64,000 nt of DNA from an uncultured bacterium (GTDB lineage Bacteria > Armatimonadota > Abditibacteriia > Abditibacteriales > Abditibacteriaceae), in assembly GCA_963843795.1 (NCBI GenBank), contig CAWJLW010000006.1:1240001-1304000 (forward strand), written 5' to 3'. A model generated the notes under the pieces. It ran no database searches and was not told where the DNA came from. It saw only the letters and a list, made by a program, of their open reading frames with translations. The stretch's first letter is position 1, and every line of letters begins with the position of its first letter. This document shows positions 53,938 through 63,937 of this stretch, piece by piece. Both the position numbers and the translations under genes were made by a program.

Positions 53938-55764
53938 ATGAAATTCTGCCGCTTCTGCGCCACACAAAACAGTGCTCAGGCCACGCATTGCGTCGCCTGC
54001 GGAGCGTCGTTGGATGCGCCACAGGCCGCTGCTCCAAAACCTGTCGTGCCGCCCACGCCTTTGTCGCAACCTGCGCCTTTGTCGCAACCTGCGCCTTTGT
54101 CGCAACCTGCGCCTTTGTCGCAACCTGCGCCTTTGTCGCAACCTGCGCCTTTGTCGCAACCTGCGCCGTATCAACCGCCGAATTATTACCGGCAAGCGCC
54201 GGCCACGCCACCACCGTCCGCGACTTTGCCTCCGTTGCCCTATGCACCATCCGTGAGTCCGGCAGTTCATCAAGCGAATCACGAGGCTGCGCACGCAGGC
54301 ATGATCACTTTGGCTCAAGTGCTGCGCGAGCGCAAAAGGCTGTCGGCACGCGATGCGGCGGTTTATCTTAGCGATATCAGCACGGCGCTGCACGCTTATC
54401 ATCAGACCGGACGCGCTCACGGCGATATTCGTCTCGATTCGATTCGCCTCAGCACGCAAGGTGTGCATTTGTCTTCAGGCACTGGGGCGGCGCTGACGGC
54501 TTCGGCACGCGCTGCCGATTACCGCGCGGTTCTGGCTCTTCTCACGCCGCTATGCAATGCGCAGGGCTGGCAGTTGAACACGCTCGACCGCGAATTTCCG
54601 CCCGCTTTGGCGGCTTTTGCACGCGCGATGCTCACGTCGCCGCTCGAAATCGAAAGCCATGCTCACACATTACGCATTGCCGCGCACAACCCCGATGACA
54701 CCGCGTTCACGCTGTCGCACGGCTCGGTTGCCAGGCCGATGGCTTCGATTCTGGCTGGCTCGCTGCCCCAAAACCCCAATTTCCAACCCCCCGAAAAATC
54801 GCCCGAACCCGCGCCCAAATCGCCGGTGAAACGCGCGATTTCGCAGCGCGCTTCGCAGCTTGATGTCGAGAAAACCAAGCTCAGCGCGGTGCGGCGTTTG
54901 AATCGTGGCGCATCGTGTGTGCGCGTGGCTTGGACAGGCGATGAACGCGAACTGTGGTGTGGTGGCGAAAACGGCCTGATTTCGATCTGGAGCGCAGCGA
55001 CCGGCGCGCAGGGCGTGCGCATGGAAACGCATTTTCGCGGTGCTCAAGTCACCAGTCTCGCCTTCGATACCGAAGCGGGTGTGGCGGTCGGCGGCTACGA
55101 AGATGGTCGAGTGCGTTTCTGGGAGCCGCGCGCCAATCGGATGCGCCACGTTATCGATGCGCATGAAGGCCGGGTTTCCAGTCTGGATTTCGGTCTCACT
55201 CGCGCTGGTCGTCCGATTGTAGCCAGCGGTGGCAGCGACGGACAGTTGCGCGCGTGGGACGTGGCCAAAGGCACGCGCAGCGGCTATCTCGAAGCCGAAA
55301 TGGTCAATATCCGCGCGGTCGCGCTGGCGAGTGACGGCGTTCATGTCGCCCTTGGCGGCGATAGTGGCGCGCTGGAACTTTGGAACTGGCCTGCTGCGCT
55401 GCCGATCTGGTCGAGTCACGAACACAGTTTCTGGCTGACCGCGCTACGTTTCTCGCCCGACAACCGCATTCTGGCCAGCGGTGCTTACGACCGCACGATT
55501 CGTTTGTGGTCGGTCGGCGATGGCCGCTGCGGTCGCGAAATCACCTGCCACGACGCGTTCATCACGAGCTTGGATTTCTCGCCCTGCGGCACGCGTTTGT
55601 TATCGAGCGGCGCCGATGGCGCAGTGTGGCTGCACGATTGGCGCGCCCACAAATCGCGGCGCCTACTGGTCGAAGACAATGCGTGCGATGTCGCGTGGTG
55701 CGGAGATGGCGCGCACTTCGCCGTCGCGGGCGCCGACGGGCTTTCGTTATGGCGCTTGGACTAA
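53938..55764 (+). CDS. Zn-ribbon / degenerate kinase C-lobe / WD40-repeat protein
   Basis: CRFC..CVAC; HGDIRLDSI kinase-like remnant; WD40 repeats such as ASGGSDGQLRAWD and ASGAYDRTIRLWS. Confidence 0.8.
   Translation: MKFCRFCATQNSAQATHCVACGASLDAPQAAAPKPVVPPTPLSQPAPLSQPAPLSQPAPLSQPAPLSQPAPLSQPAPYQPPNYYRQAPATPPPSATLPPLPYAPSVSPAVHQANHEAAHAGMITLAQVLRERKRLSARDAAVYLSDISTALHAYHQTGRAHGDIRLDSIRLSTQGVHLSSGTGAALTASARAADYRAVLALLTPLCNAQGWQLNTLDREFPPALAAFARAMLTSPLEIESHAHTLRIAAHNPDDTAFTLSHGSVARPMASILAGSLPQNPNFQPPEKSPEPAPKSPVKRAISQRASQLDVEKTKLSAVRRLNRGASCVRVAWTGDERELWCGGENGLISIWSAATGAQGVRMETHFRGAQVTSLAFDTEAGVAVGGYEDGRVRFWEPRANRMRHVIDAHEGRVSSLDFGLTRAGRPIVASGGSDGQLRAWDVAKGTRSGYLEAEMVNIRAVALASDGVHVALGGDSGALELWNWPAALPIWSSHEHSFWLTALRFSPDNRILASGAYDRTIRLWSVGDGRCGREITCHDAFITSLDFSPCGTRLLSSGADGAVWLHDWRAHKSRRLLVEDNACDVAWCGDGAHFAVAGADGLSLWRLD
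54057..54167 (+). repeat. Six perfect 18-bp tandem repeats GCCTTTGTCGCAACCTGC encoding (PLSQPA)6
   Basis: Read directly from the sequence. Confidence 0.95.
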
Positions 55765-56396
55765 TTGGATTGCGATTTTGTCCAAATGCGTCGCGCCCAC
55801 AACCACAATCGTGGCAAAAACACGCCTTCGCGCAACTGTGCACTTGCCCAGCCGAAAACAATTCCGACCGCTGCGCCGCTCAAAACTTGATACGCGTAAT
55901 GATCGTGCGTGGCGATTCTGGCCCAACCGATAAAAACGGCGAGCGCGAACCATAACGCGGAAAGTTTTGGTAGCGTGCGCCAAACCAACCACGAGATTGC
56001 GAACGACGAAACCATATGACCGCTCGGGAAACCGCCCAAATCGGGTAGTGAAGTGCCCGGCGGACGCGAAAACGGAATTGTATATTGCAGCAGCGGAACC
56101 ACGCTGTAAGTAAACGCAATCGCATCGAACCAACTCCACGCATCCGGCGCGCGTTGCGGCGCGAAAATTCCCCAGCGCGCGGCCAGCCAGCGCGACGATT
56201 GAGGCCACAAAACGATCAAGCTGCTGCCCAGAAACCACGCATAAGCGACTTTCCAGAATAGCTCGCCGCCCGCCAATTCTATTGGCGACCAGCGCGGCAG
56301 TGCGCACACCATCACTAAAAGTAATGCTGCGCATATCGGCTGAAATTTTTGCCATCGCGAAAGGTTTGTGGACGCAGATTCTGGATTGATTTTCAT
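55761..56396 (-). CDS. PAP2-family membrane phosphatase
   Basis: RP..GFPSGH..ARIATHDHY..VLSG motifs. Confidence 0.85.
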   Translation of the reverse strand: MKINPESASTNLSRWQKFQPICAALLLVMVCALPRWSPIELAGGELFWKVAYAWFLGSSLIVLWPQSSRWLAARWGIFAPQRAPDAWSWFDAIAFTYSVVPLLQYTIPFSRPPGTSLPDLGGFPSGHMVSSFAISWLVWRTLPKLSALWFALAVFIGWARIATHDHYAYQVLSGAAVGIVFGWASAQLREGVFLPRLWLWARRIWTKSQSN

Positions 56397-57178
56397 GATT
56401 GTGGCCCTGCAAGTACTTGCAGCGTGCAATGCGATTGCAAACGTGCGCGCGAAGCACCGCGAAAGCGTCCGCTGTGCGGCAGAACATCGCGATAATCGCG
56501 CCCATGTGCTACCGCGACATTGATTTCACCGATTTCGCGCCCGTGCGTCGGGTCGAAAGCGCGCCATTTTTCATTCACCAAAACTTCCACCCACGCGTGC
56601 ATTTGCCCTTCCTGAGCGCCGTAACCCGCGACGTAACGCGCCGCAAAACCAGCTGCACGGCATAAGGCAATCATCAAGTGAGCGTAATCCTGACACACGC
56701 CCGCGCCTATTTTCAAGGCTTGCGAAGCCGTCGTATCGGCACTAGTCGCGCCAGTTTCGTAGCGCAAACTTTGGTGCGCCAATTGATTTAGCTTCTGAAC
56801 CTTTTCTAAATCGCAGCAAGTGCTTGCAGACGCCATCTGGCAAATTTCCGGCGTGCGCTCGCACAACGCCGAAGGCAAACGCCACGCACCGAGATTATTT
56901 TCTACTTTTAGAGCCGAATTTTCTGCGCGATCTTCAACCGTGAAATCGCAGAAAAATCGCAACGATTTCAGCGCGCGATGTTGTAGTTGCAACACGCGAT
57001 TGCCACCTTCATCAATCCAATCGCGCGCATCGTCGGGCGCGGGTTCGCAGTTCCAATCGTACGAAATGAGCTTTTGTGCGCCGCGCAATTGCGGCGGCAA
57101 AATGCGCAGTTCGCGCACGCAATCGCGCGCCGTTTGATTGTAGCGCACGCAAAGAGTTTGATGAACGCGACGCATCAT
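56393..57178 (-). CDS. Transglutaminase-like family protein
   Basis: GVCQDYAH, ARYVAGY, HAWVEV, FDPT and GRDYRDV. Confidence 0.9.
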   Translation of the reverse strand: MMRRVHQTLCVRYNQTARDCVRELRILPPQLRGAQKLISYDWNCEPAPDDARDWIDEGGNRVLQLQHRALKSLRFFCDFTVEDRAENSALKVENNLGAWRLPSALCERTPEICQMASASTCCDLEKVQKLNQLAHQSLRYETGATSADTTASQALKIGAGVCQDYAHLMIALCRAAGFAARYVAGYGAQEGQMHAWVEVLVNEKWRAFDPTHGREIGEINVAVAHGRDYRDVLPHSGRFRGASRARLQSHCTLQVLAGPQS

Positions 57179-57188
57179 GAGAAGAGAA

Positions 57189-57218
57189 AAGCGTCCTGCA
57201 AGTACTTGCAGGACGCTT
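57189..57218. terminator. 30-bp perfect palindrome centred on TGCAAGTACTTGCA downstream of gltX
   Basis: AAGCGTCC-core-GGACGCTT. Confidence 0.65.
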
Positions 57219-57240
57219 GGGTTTGCACATTCGCAAAAAT

Positions 57241-58707
57241 TCAAGCGCGCAATTGTTTCGCTGTGCGCTCTAAACGCGACAAAACGCGTTCGCGGCCCAG
57301 CACATTCAACAAATCGAAAACCGATGGCCCGACGCCGCGACCCGAAACCGCCAAGCGCGCCGGATGAATGAGCGCGGCGGGCTTGACGCCCAAACTTTCG
57401 GCTTCCTCGCGCAACGCCGCTTCAATCGCATCGTGATTCCAATCGTCGAGTTTGGCTAAACGGTCGTGCAAATTTTGCAAATTCGCGCCGGCTTCGGGCG
57501 AAAAATGCTTGGCGGCCGCTTTTTCTTCGGTCGGAAATTCGTCGCTGAAAAAGCTCTGCGTCGCGGCTTCGATATCGGAAAGATGAAAAATGCGGTCGCG
57601 GCTCAAGTCAATCGCCGTGCGCTCATAATCGCTGATTTCCTGCGAAACCAGAGGCAAATGCGGGCGCGCGAGTTCGATGAATTGGTCGATGGGCATTTGC
57701 TTCAAAAACTGCAAATTCATCCACTGCAATTTTTCGATGTCGAAAATCGCACCGGCTTTATTGACGCCTTCAAGAGAAAACTTTTCGACCAATTCTTCGC
57801 GCGAGAAAATTTCCTGCGTTTCGCCGCCGCCCGGATTCCAGCCCAAAAGCGCGAGATAGGAAAGCATCGCGTCGGGATAAATGCCGCGTTCGCGTAAGTC
57901 GAGCAGGTTGGAATCTTGGTTGCGCTTCGACAATTTCTTGCGGTCTGGCCCCAGCAAAAACGGCAGATGCGCGAAAACCGGTTCGTCAGCGCCCAGCGCA
58001 CGGTAAATTTGAATCTGGCGCGGCGTGTTATTCAAACCATCTTCACCACGAATGACGTGCGAAATTTGCATCAGCCAATCATCGACGACGCAGGCGAAAT
58101 TATAAGTCGGGCCGCCATCGCTTTTCAGCAAAACGAAGTCGTCCAATTCGGTGTTTTTGACCGAAATTTTGCCGTAAACCGCATCGTCCCATGTGGTTTC
58201 GCCTTCGTCGGATACGCGCAAACGCAGCACGAAAGGCCGGCCTTCGGCTTCGTACCGTTCACGTTGTTCCGAACTTAAATCGCGGTGCGCGCCGGTGTAA
58301 CGCGGCGGCAATTTACGCGCTTGCTGATCGGCACGCATCGCGGCCAATTCTTCGGCGGTCTCATAAGCGCGATAAGCGTGGCCGTTGGCTTCGAGCTGCA
58401 CAGCGTGTTGACGATACAAATGTGTGCGCTCTGATTGACGATAAGGCCCAAATTCGGCAGCGTTGTTTGGACCTTCGTCGGCGTCAAGTCCGAGCCATTC
58501 CATCGCTTCGTAAATGATGGCTTCGTAAGCGTCGTCGTTGCGCGCTTGGTCGGTGTCTTCGATGCGCAAAACGAACGCGCCGTTGTGATGGCGCGCGAAA
58601 AGATAATTGAACAGCGCGGTGCGTGCGGTGCCGACGTGAAAAAATCCGGTCGGACTGGGCGCCATGCGCACGCGCACAGGGCGAGAAGTGTTGTGATTTG
58701 ATGTCAT
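57241..58707 (-). CDS. gltX: Glutamate--tRNA ligase
   Basis: RMAPSPTGFFHVG, LRIEDTD, GPYRQSER, HVIRGED and KLSKR, plus anticodon-binding domain. Confidence 0.96.
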   Translation of the reverse strand: MTSNHNTSRPVRVRMAPSPTGFFHVGTARTALFNYLFARHHNGAFVLRIEDTDQARNDDAYEAIIYEAMEWLGLDADEGPNNAAEFGPYRQSERTHLYRQHAVQLEANGHAYRAYETAEELAAMRADQQARKLPPRYTGAHRDLSSEQRERYEAEGRPFVLRLRVSDEGETTWDDAVYGKISVKNTELDDFVLLKSDGGPTYNFACVVDDWLMQISHVIRGEDGLNNTPRQIQIYRALGADEPVFAHLPFLLGPDRKKLSKRNQDSNLLDLRERGIYPDAMLSYLALLGWNPGGGETQEIFSREELVEKFSLEGVNKAGAIFDIEKLQWMNLQFLKQMPIDQFIELARPHLPLVSQEISDYERTAIDLSRDRIFHLSDIEAATQSFFSDEFPTEEKAAAKHFSPEAGANLQNLHDRLAKLDDWNHDAIEAALREEAESLGVKPAALIHPARLAVSGRGVGPSVFDLLNVLGRERVLSRLERTAKQLRA

Positions 58708-58790
58708 TGTGCGCCAGTTTATCAGGCGTGGGCGATAATTTTACGCTGCAAGTACTTGCAGCGTGTTTTTTGCTTTTCAATTAACATTTG

Positions 58791-59558
58791 TCATCCACCA
58801 TAATCGCGATAGCTGCGTCCGGTGGGGTAGCCCATGCGTTGCGCGACGCGTTCTTTCACTTGGCGGTTGCGGAACAAAAATACCAATACAATTCCTGCAA
58901 GCGCGCCGCCCAGATGTGCCCAATAGGCGATGCCACCACCACCGGTTTCGTCGGTGTAGGCAATCGAAGCCACGCTGCTCAAGCCTTGCACAATAATCCA
59001 GCCGCCGATCACTAAAAATGCAGGCAGGTGAAAAATGCCGAACCAGCCGAACAAAACGCGCACGTAGCGCGTGGGGTAAAGCATCAGATAGGCGCCCAAA
59101 ACGCCCGCAATCGCCCCCGATGCGCCCAGTGAAGGAATCAGCGAATTCGGGCCGGAAGCGATGTGCGCGGCGGTCGCGACCAATCCGCATAGCAGGTAGA
59201 AAATCAGGAATTTGACGTGGCCCATCGCGTCTTCGATGTTGTCGCCGAAAATCCACAGATACAGCATATTGCCGCCCAAATGCGCCCAGCCGCCGTGCAT
59301 AAACATCGCGGTCAGAATCGTCAGATAAATCGGCTGCGGTCCTGGCGCTTGCGGAATCGCGCCGCCCGCCACTTTCACGCCTTGCGTAATATCGGTGTTG
59401 CGCATAATTTCTTGCGGAATGACCGAAAATCCGTAAGTGAACGCGTCGTTGGGCAGTTGCAGAAGCACGAAAACCGCGATGTTAATCGCGATGAGTGCAT
59501 AAGTCACATACGGCGTGATAACGCGTTGCGTGTTGTCATCACCAATTGGTAAAAGCAT
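58791..59558 (-). CDS. Rhomboid family intramembrane serine protease
   Basis: MFMHGGWAHLGGNMLYLWIFGDNIED, GASGA and AHLGG. Confidence 0.93.
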   Translation of the reverse strand: MLLPIGDDNTQRVITPYVTYALIAINIAVFVLLQLPNDAFTYGFSVIPQEIMRNTDITQGVKVAGGAIPQAPGPQPIYLTILTAMFMHGGWAHLGGNMLYLWIFGDNIEDAMGHVKFLIFYLLCGLVATAAHIASGPNSLIPSLGASGAIAGVLGAYLMLYPTRYVRVLFGWFGIFHLPAFLVIGGWIIVQGLSSVASIAYTDETGGGGIAYWAHLGGALAGIVLVFLFRNRQVKERVAQRMGYPTGRSYRDYGG

Positions 59559-59740
59559 AGCTAAAATTTCCTCGTGAAAGCGTCTGGCAAGTACTTGCGG
59601 AGCGCGCCATTACAACAGGAATCGTGCCAATATGGGAACGCTATGAAGCTGGAAGTTTTAGGAATTAAAATTCTGGCATGAATGCCAACGAATTCGTTGT
59701 TTGAAAGCTCAGGATACGACAAACACAAAACTTGAAACAC

Positions 59741-59784
59741 AAAAAAGCCCATTGTCACTGCTTTGGCAGTGACAACGGGCTTTT
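59741..59784 (-). terminator. Intrinsic terminator of csp copy 1 (near-identical copy at 60361-60404)
   Basis: GCCC(A/G)TTGTCACTGC / GCAGTGACAACGGGC stem followed by a U-tract on the minus strand. Confidence 0.8.
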
Positions 59785-59803
59785 GGTTTTTGGGTTAAAG
59801 AAC

Positions 59804-60010
59804 TCAGCCAGTGGCGCGAACGTTGGCCGCACGCAGACCTTTGGGTTCCTGGTTGATGTCGAATTCGACTTTGCTGCCTTCCTGCAAGGAACGGTAGCCA
59901 TCGCTCATGATCGCGCTGTGATGCACGAACACGTCTTCGCCGCCATTGTCCTGTTCGATGAAGCCGAAGCCCTTCGAATCGTTAAACCACTTCACTGTAC
60001 CTGTTGCCAT
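59804..60010 (-). CDS. Cold-shock protein (CspA family), copy 1
   Basis: [27 protein letters not shown] (RNP1 and RNP2 motifs). Confidence 0.97.
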   Translation of the reverse strand: MATGTVKWFNDSKGFGFIEQDNGGEDVFVHHSAIMSDGYRSLQEGSKVEFDINQEPKGLRAANVRATG

Positions 60011-60197
60011 TTGTGACTTTCTCCTGTGCTGTTGAATCTGTGCGCGTGTGTCCAAAACCAGAAGAACGACCATGAAAACAACCTGGCACTGTTACGGTTC
60101 GATGCGACTCGCGTGGGTCAATCAGCAAAAATAACTGCCTTCGTCTACGCCGCAAACTTTTATTAGAAATTTTTGTGCGTCGCGAAAAGCCCTCCAA

Positions 60198-60226
60198 ACT
60201 ATACGACGTTTTCGCAATTCATGCAA
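60198..60226 (-). promoter_or_regulatory. Sigma70-type promoter of csp copy 1 (TTGCAT-17-TATAGT)
   Basis: Near-consensus boxes with 17-bp spacing, conserved in the duplicate. Confidence 0.7.
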
Positions 60227-60423
60227 GGGCCACCATCTAAAAAATCGAAATTTTTTCAGGTTCCCTTTATTTTCTACATCGCTTGGAATTAACAAAGGCA
60301 ATCTTGAGCGGGATGATATCTCAGCGTTGATCGAAAATATTGCCGCAAAACGCAAATCACAAAAAAGCCCGTTGTCACTGCTTTGGCAGTGACAACGGGC
60401 TTTTGGTTTTTGGGTTAAAGAAC

Positions 60424-60630
60424 TCAGCCAGTGGCGCGAACGTTGGCCGCACGCAGACCTTTGGGTTCCTGGTTGATGTCATATTCGACTTTGCTGCCTT
60501 CCTGCAAGGAACGGTAGCCATCGCTCATGATCGCGCTGTGATGCACGAACACGTCTTCGCCGCCGTCGTCCTGTTCGATGAAGCCGAAGCCCTTCGAATC
60601 GTTAAACCACTTCACTGTACCTGTTGCCAT
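60424..60630 (-). CDS. Cold-shock protein (CspA family), copy 2
   Basis: Differs from copy 1 at only two residues (N/D and F/Y). Confidence 0.97.
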   Translation of the reverse strand: MATGTVKWFNDSKGFGFIEQDDGGEDVFVHHSAIMSDGYRSLQEGSKVEYDINQEPKGLRAANVRATG

Positions 60631-60833
60631 TTGTGACTTTCTCCTGTGCTGTTGAATCTGTGCGCGTGTGTCCAAAACCAGAAGAACAAACGTCGTAACG
60701 ACTTGGCTCAAAAACGGTTTAATGCGACTCGCGTGGGTCAATCAGCAAAAATAACTGCCCTTCGTCTTTTACGCCACAAGTTCTCAATAAAATTTTATTA
60801 GAAAACTTCGTGCATCGCGAAGGGCCTTCCAAC

Positions 60834-60862
60834 ACTATACGACGTTTGCAAAATTTCTGCAA
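60834..60862 (-). promoter_or_regulatory. Sigma70-type promoter of csp copy 2 (TTGCAG-17-TATAGT)
   Basis: Same geometry as the copy 1 promoter. Confidence 0.7.
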
Positions 60863-60877
60863 TAAATACGAAGAGAA

Positions 60878-61381
60878 TTAATATTGCCAATTGTTATGCT
60901 CGGCATAAGCCAAAATTCCCAGCAAGCATTCGGGACTGGGACGACCACGCGGGCCGGACAAAATCCACGAACAACTCACTTTGCCCTCGGCATCGATTAA
61001 AACCACCGAAGGCGCGGTGTAATTTTTATAATCGTCACGCTTCATATCGCGCGAATTGACACCATAAACGCCGTATTTCTCGCCAACTTCGCCATCATCA
61101 TCAATCAAAAGTGGCGCGCGTAAACGAAAATTTTCGTGAAATTTAGCGTGCTCTTCGCGTCCGCCGTTCACGATAAACGCCAGTTCGCAGTTCATTTTTT
61201 TGAACAGATGGTTGAAATTGCTCCAGTAGGGAAATTCGCCCTGTGTCGTCGGACAATACTCGCCGCGACAAAAATGCAGAATTACCATTTTGCCCCTATG
61301 GTCGCTCAATTTCCAGCCATCACCATTGGTGTCAATAAGCAAAAAATCGGGTGCGTCTTCTCCATTGATTAAAACCGCCAT
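60878..61381 (-). CDS. AhpC/TSA (peroxiredoxin/redoxin) family protein
   Basis: APDFLLIDTNG..LSDHRGK..RGEYCPTT..LIDAEGKV. Confidence 0.8.
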   Translation of the reverse strand: MAVLINGEDAPDFLLIDTNGDGWKLSDHRGKMVILHFCRGEYCPTTQGEFPYWSNFNHLFKKMNCELAFIVNGGREEHAKFHENFRLRAPLLIDDDGEVGEKYGVYGVNSRDMKRDDYKNYTAPSVVLIDAEGKVSCSWILSGPRGRPSPECLLGILAYAEHNNWQY

Positions 61382-61435
61382 AATCTTTCTCCTCGTTTTG
61401 GCCCAGATGAGCCGTTTTTGACTACACTTGAATTG

Positions 61436-62077
61436 ATGAATAACCCCACAAATTCCTCCGCAAGTACTTGCCCGCCATCTTGCCGTGTCGCGCTCAAAGA
61501 ATGGTCGGCGACCTGTCGCGCTTTGGACGTTGGACGTCAGATCATACTGCTGCGCAAAGGTGGCATTTTAGACGCCGATGGCGTTTTTGAACTTGAACAA
61601 CCGCAATTCTGGCTCTTACCAACGTGGTTTCATCAAGACACCGCGCTATTGCAAAATTCTGACCGCCATTTCTTAGACAGTCCGCAAAACCAAGATAAAA
61701 CGCTGCATTTGCAATGGCTCGCGCAGGTCGCGCGCGTGTGGGCGATTGATGATGCCGATGATGAAAGAGCTCTGCAAGTACTTGCCAGTTTGCCGCACAT
61801 CTGGAGCGAGCGTTATTTGCAGACGCGCGTCCGTTACAAGCCCGATCATCCGTTACTATGTGTAGCGCTGCGTTTATGGAAAGTGCCGCAGGCGCACGTT
61901 GTGGAATCGCATCCAAGTTATTTTGGCTGTCGGAGTTGGATCGAGTTGGACGAAGATTTGCCGCTCAACGACCTGCGCCCCGCGATGGAAGACGAGGAAT
62001 TTGCGATTCAAGTCGGGCAGTTAGATGCGGCTCTGCAAGCTGTGGCGCGCGGCACAAAATCCCAAATGCTGGCTTGA
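61436..62077 (+). CDS. DUF1802-like protein
   Basis: ALKEW..GRQIILLRKGGI..FWLLPTWFHQ..YFGCRSWIEL. Confidence 0.8.
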   Translation: MNNPTNSSASTCPPSCRVALKEWSATCRALDVGRQIILLRKGGILDADGVFELEQPQFWLLPTWFHQDTALLQNSDRHFLDSPQNQDKTLHLQWLAQVARVWAIDDADDERALQVLASLPHIWSERYLQTRVRYKPDHPLLCVALRLWKVPQAHVVESHPSYFGCRSWIELDEDLPLNDLRPAMEDEEFAIQVGQLDAALQAVARGTKSQMLA

Positions 62078-62128
62078 ATTGATACACTGCGGGCGAAAAT
62101 TCACTTTAATTTAAAAGGACAAAACTTT

Positions 62129-62797
62129 ATGGCAGACGAACGCGAAGAAGGCATTAACATCATCGATAGTCGTGGTAGCGCGACTTCTACGAACGAAAAT
62201 GCCGCTGAAACCAATGAAGAAACTTCCACTGAAACCTCTAACGGCCCCGGCTTGCAATTGATCGGCGGCGGCTCTGATGATTCCGGTGCTGATGCCGAAA
62301 TGGTTGTAGGCGACGAAGGTGAAATGGGCGACGAGCCGGAGATGACGCCCGAACAACAGGAAGAATTGCGCGTGGCGATGGAAGAAGAGCAGTTCGCTTC
62401 AATTCAAGAACGTATCGGTCGCGAACTGACTGATGAAGAAAAAGATCAGGTGCGCGAGCAGATGGAAGCGCAGGCACAGGCGCAAATCAATCTCGAAGTC
62501 GCACCGATGTTGCTCGAAATGATGGTGCGTTTGCCGCAATACGCCGCAGTTCACTTGGGCCTAACCGCCAATCCTTATACGCAGCTTATCGCGCGCAACG
62601 ACGAAAACGCGCGCATGGCAATTGACGCTTTCGGCGGCATGTATGATACGGTGAAATCGCACCTCGACAACAACAGTCGTCGCGAATTCGAGCGCGTGCT
62701 GAACGATTTGCGCGTCAATTACACGCGCATCACCGGCCAGCCCATCGGCCCGGCTGGCGGCCCGTCGATCATCACTGGCCCGCGCATTATTCGCTAA
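62129..62797 (+). CDS. Acidic protein with DUF1844-like C-terminal domain
   Basis: HLGLTANP..ARMAID..LNDLRVNY; AAAGGA RBS. Confidence 0.65.
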   Translation: MADEREEGINIIDSRGSATSTNENAAETNEETSTETSNGPGLQLIGGGSDDSGADAEMVVGDEGEMGDEPEMTPEQQEELRVAMEEEQFASIQERIGRELTDEEKDQVREQMEAQAQAQINLEVAPMLLEMMVRLPQYAAVHLGLTANPYTQLIARNDENARMAIDAFGGMYDTVKSHLDNNSRREFERVLNDLRVNYTRITGQPIGPAGGPSIITGPRIIR

Positions 62798-62845
62798 ACA
62801 ATCAAACCGGTTCTGCAAGTACTTGCAGAACCGGTTTGATTGTTT
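62796..62845. terminator. 50-bp perfect palindrome centred on TGCAAGTACTTGCA
   Basis: AAACAATCAAACCGGTTC-core-GAACCGGTTTGATTGTTT, followed by further T residues. Confidence 0.75.
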
Positions 62846-62863
62846 TTGCCTTCCGCTAACAAT

Positions 62864-63937
62864 ATGAAGTGGATCATTCTCGAAGAAGCGCCGGTTGAAA
62901 ATTTCTGGCCGCTTTCGCGCACGCGCCCGACGTGGGAATTGCGCTTTGGGGCGTGGTCGCCCTTGGAACGCGCGCGCATGGAAACGTGTCATCTCGCGTT
63001 GCGCGTGCGTCCCGAACTGGCTGCATACGCGCGTATTTCGACCGGCTTGCCGGTTAACGAAGATATTGAAGCGCAAAATATTAGTGGTGAAACACGTCAT
63101 GGTTTGCCGTATTTGTGGCCGTGGCAAATTCTCGCCAATTCAGACAAATTAATCGAAGCCGATTACGAGCAATGGATGGCCTCGCATTTCAACTGTCGCG
63201 AAGACATTGTGCTGGATGGCGTACATTTAATTGGCGATCGTGAGCAAATTTACATCGGTGCTGGTGCAACTGTACAAGCGGGCTGCGTGTTGGACGCCAG
63301 TCACGGGCCGATTATTGTTGGCGAACGCGCCGAAATTCAATGGTCGCACATTCAAGGGCCGGTTTTCATCGGTGCTGATTGCAACATTCACGGCGCGCGC
63401 GTGCGGCCGGGCACGAGCATCGGTCACGCTTGTAAAATCGGCGGCGAAATTTCCGCTTCGATTTTTCAAAGCCGCGTCAATAAAGCGCACGATGGTTTCG
63501 TCGGCCACAGTTGGGCCGGTCGCTGGGTGAATTTTGGCGCGCTGGCTACCACGAGCAACCTGAAGAATAATTATGGAAAGGTGCGCGTTTCGCAAACTTT
63601 GGAAACTTCTATCGATACCGAACAGCAATTTTTAGGGAGCTTGATTGGCGACCATACGAAAATCGGTATCGGGCAGATGCTGACGACCGGTAGCCACATC
63701 GGGCCGGGCTGCAATCTTTTTGGTGGTGGTGTCGCACCTAAATATGTGCCCGCGTTTTGTTGGGGTGGTGTCGAAGGTTGGGCCGAGCATCGTTTGGACG
63801 ATTGTTTGAAAACTGCGCGCGCTGTAACCGGACGGCGTTCGTTCGAGTTGCGCGTGCAAAGCGAAGCCGTGCTGCGCAATGTGTTCGCGCAAACGTCAAA
63901 AGAGCGCGCCGTGTTTTTGCAAATGCTGCGCGCCTGA
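62864..63937 (+). CDS. GlmU-related putative sugar nucleotidyltransferase / left-handed beta-helix protein
   Basis: PLSRTRPTWELRFG, hexapeptide repeats, NKAHDGFVGHS, SNLKNNYG and GDHTKIGI. Confidence 0.8.
   Translation: MKWIILEEAPVENFWPLSRTRPTWELRFGAWSPLERARMETCHLALRVRPELAAYARISTGLPVNEDIEAQNISGETRHGLPYLWPWQILANSDKLIEADYEQWMASHFNCREDIVLDGVHLIGDREQIYIGAGATVQAGCVLDASHGPIIVGERAEIQWSHIQGPVFIGADCNIHGARVRPGTSIGHACKIGGEISASIFQSRVNKAHDGFVGHSWAGRWVNFGALATTSNLKNNYGKVRVSQTLETSIDTEQQFLGSLIGDHTKIGIGQMLTTGSHIGPGCNLFGGGVAPKYVPAFCWGGVEGWAEHRLDDCLKTARAVTGRRSFELRVQSEAVLRNVFAQTSKERAVFLQMLRA

Noticed and set aside
53662..54468. Antisense ORFs with (RLRQRR)n or (ATKAQV)n repeats
   Set aside because: They are alternative-frame shadows of the 18-bp tandem repeat in the WD40 gene.
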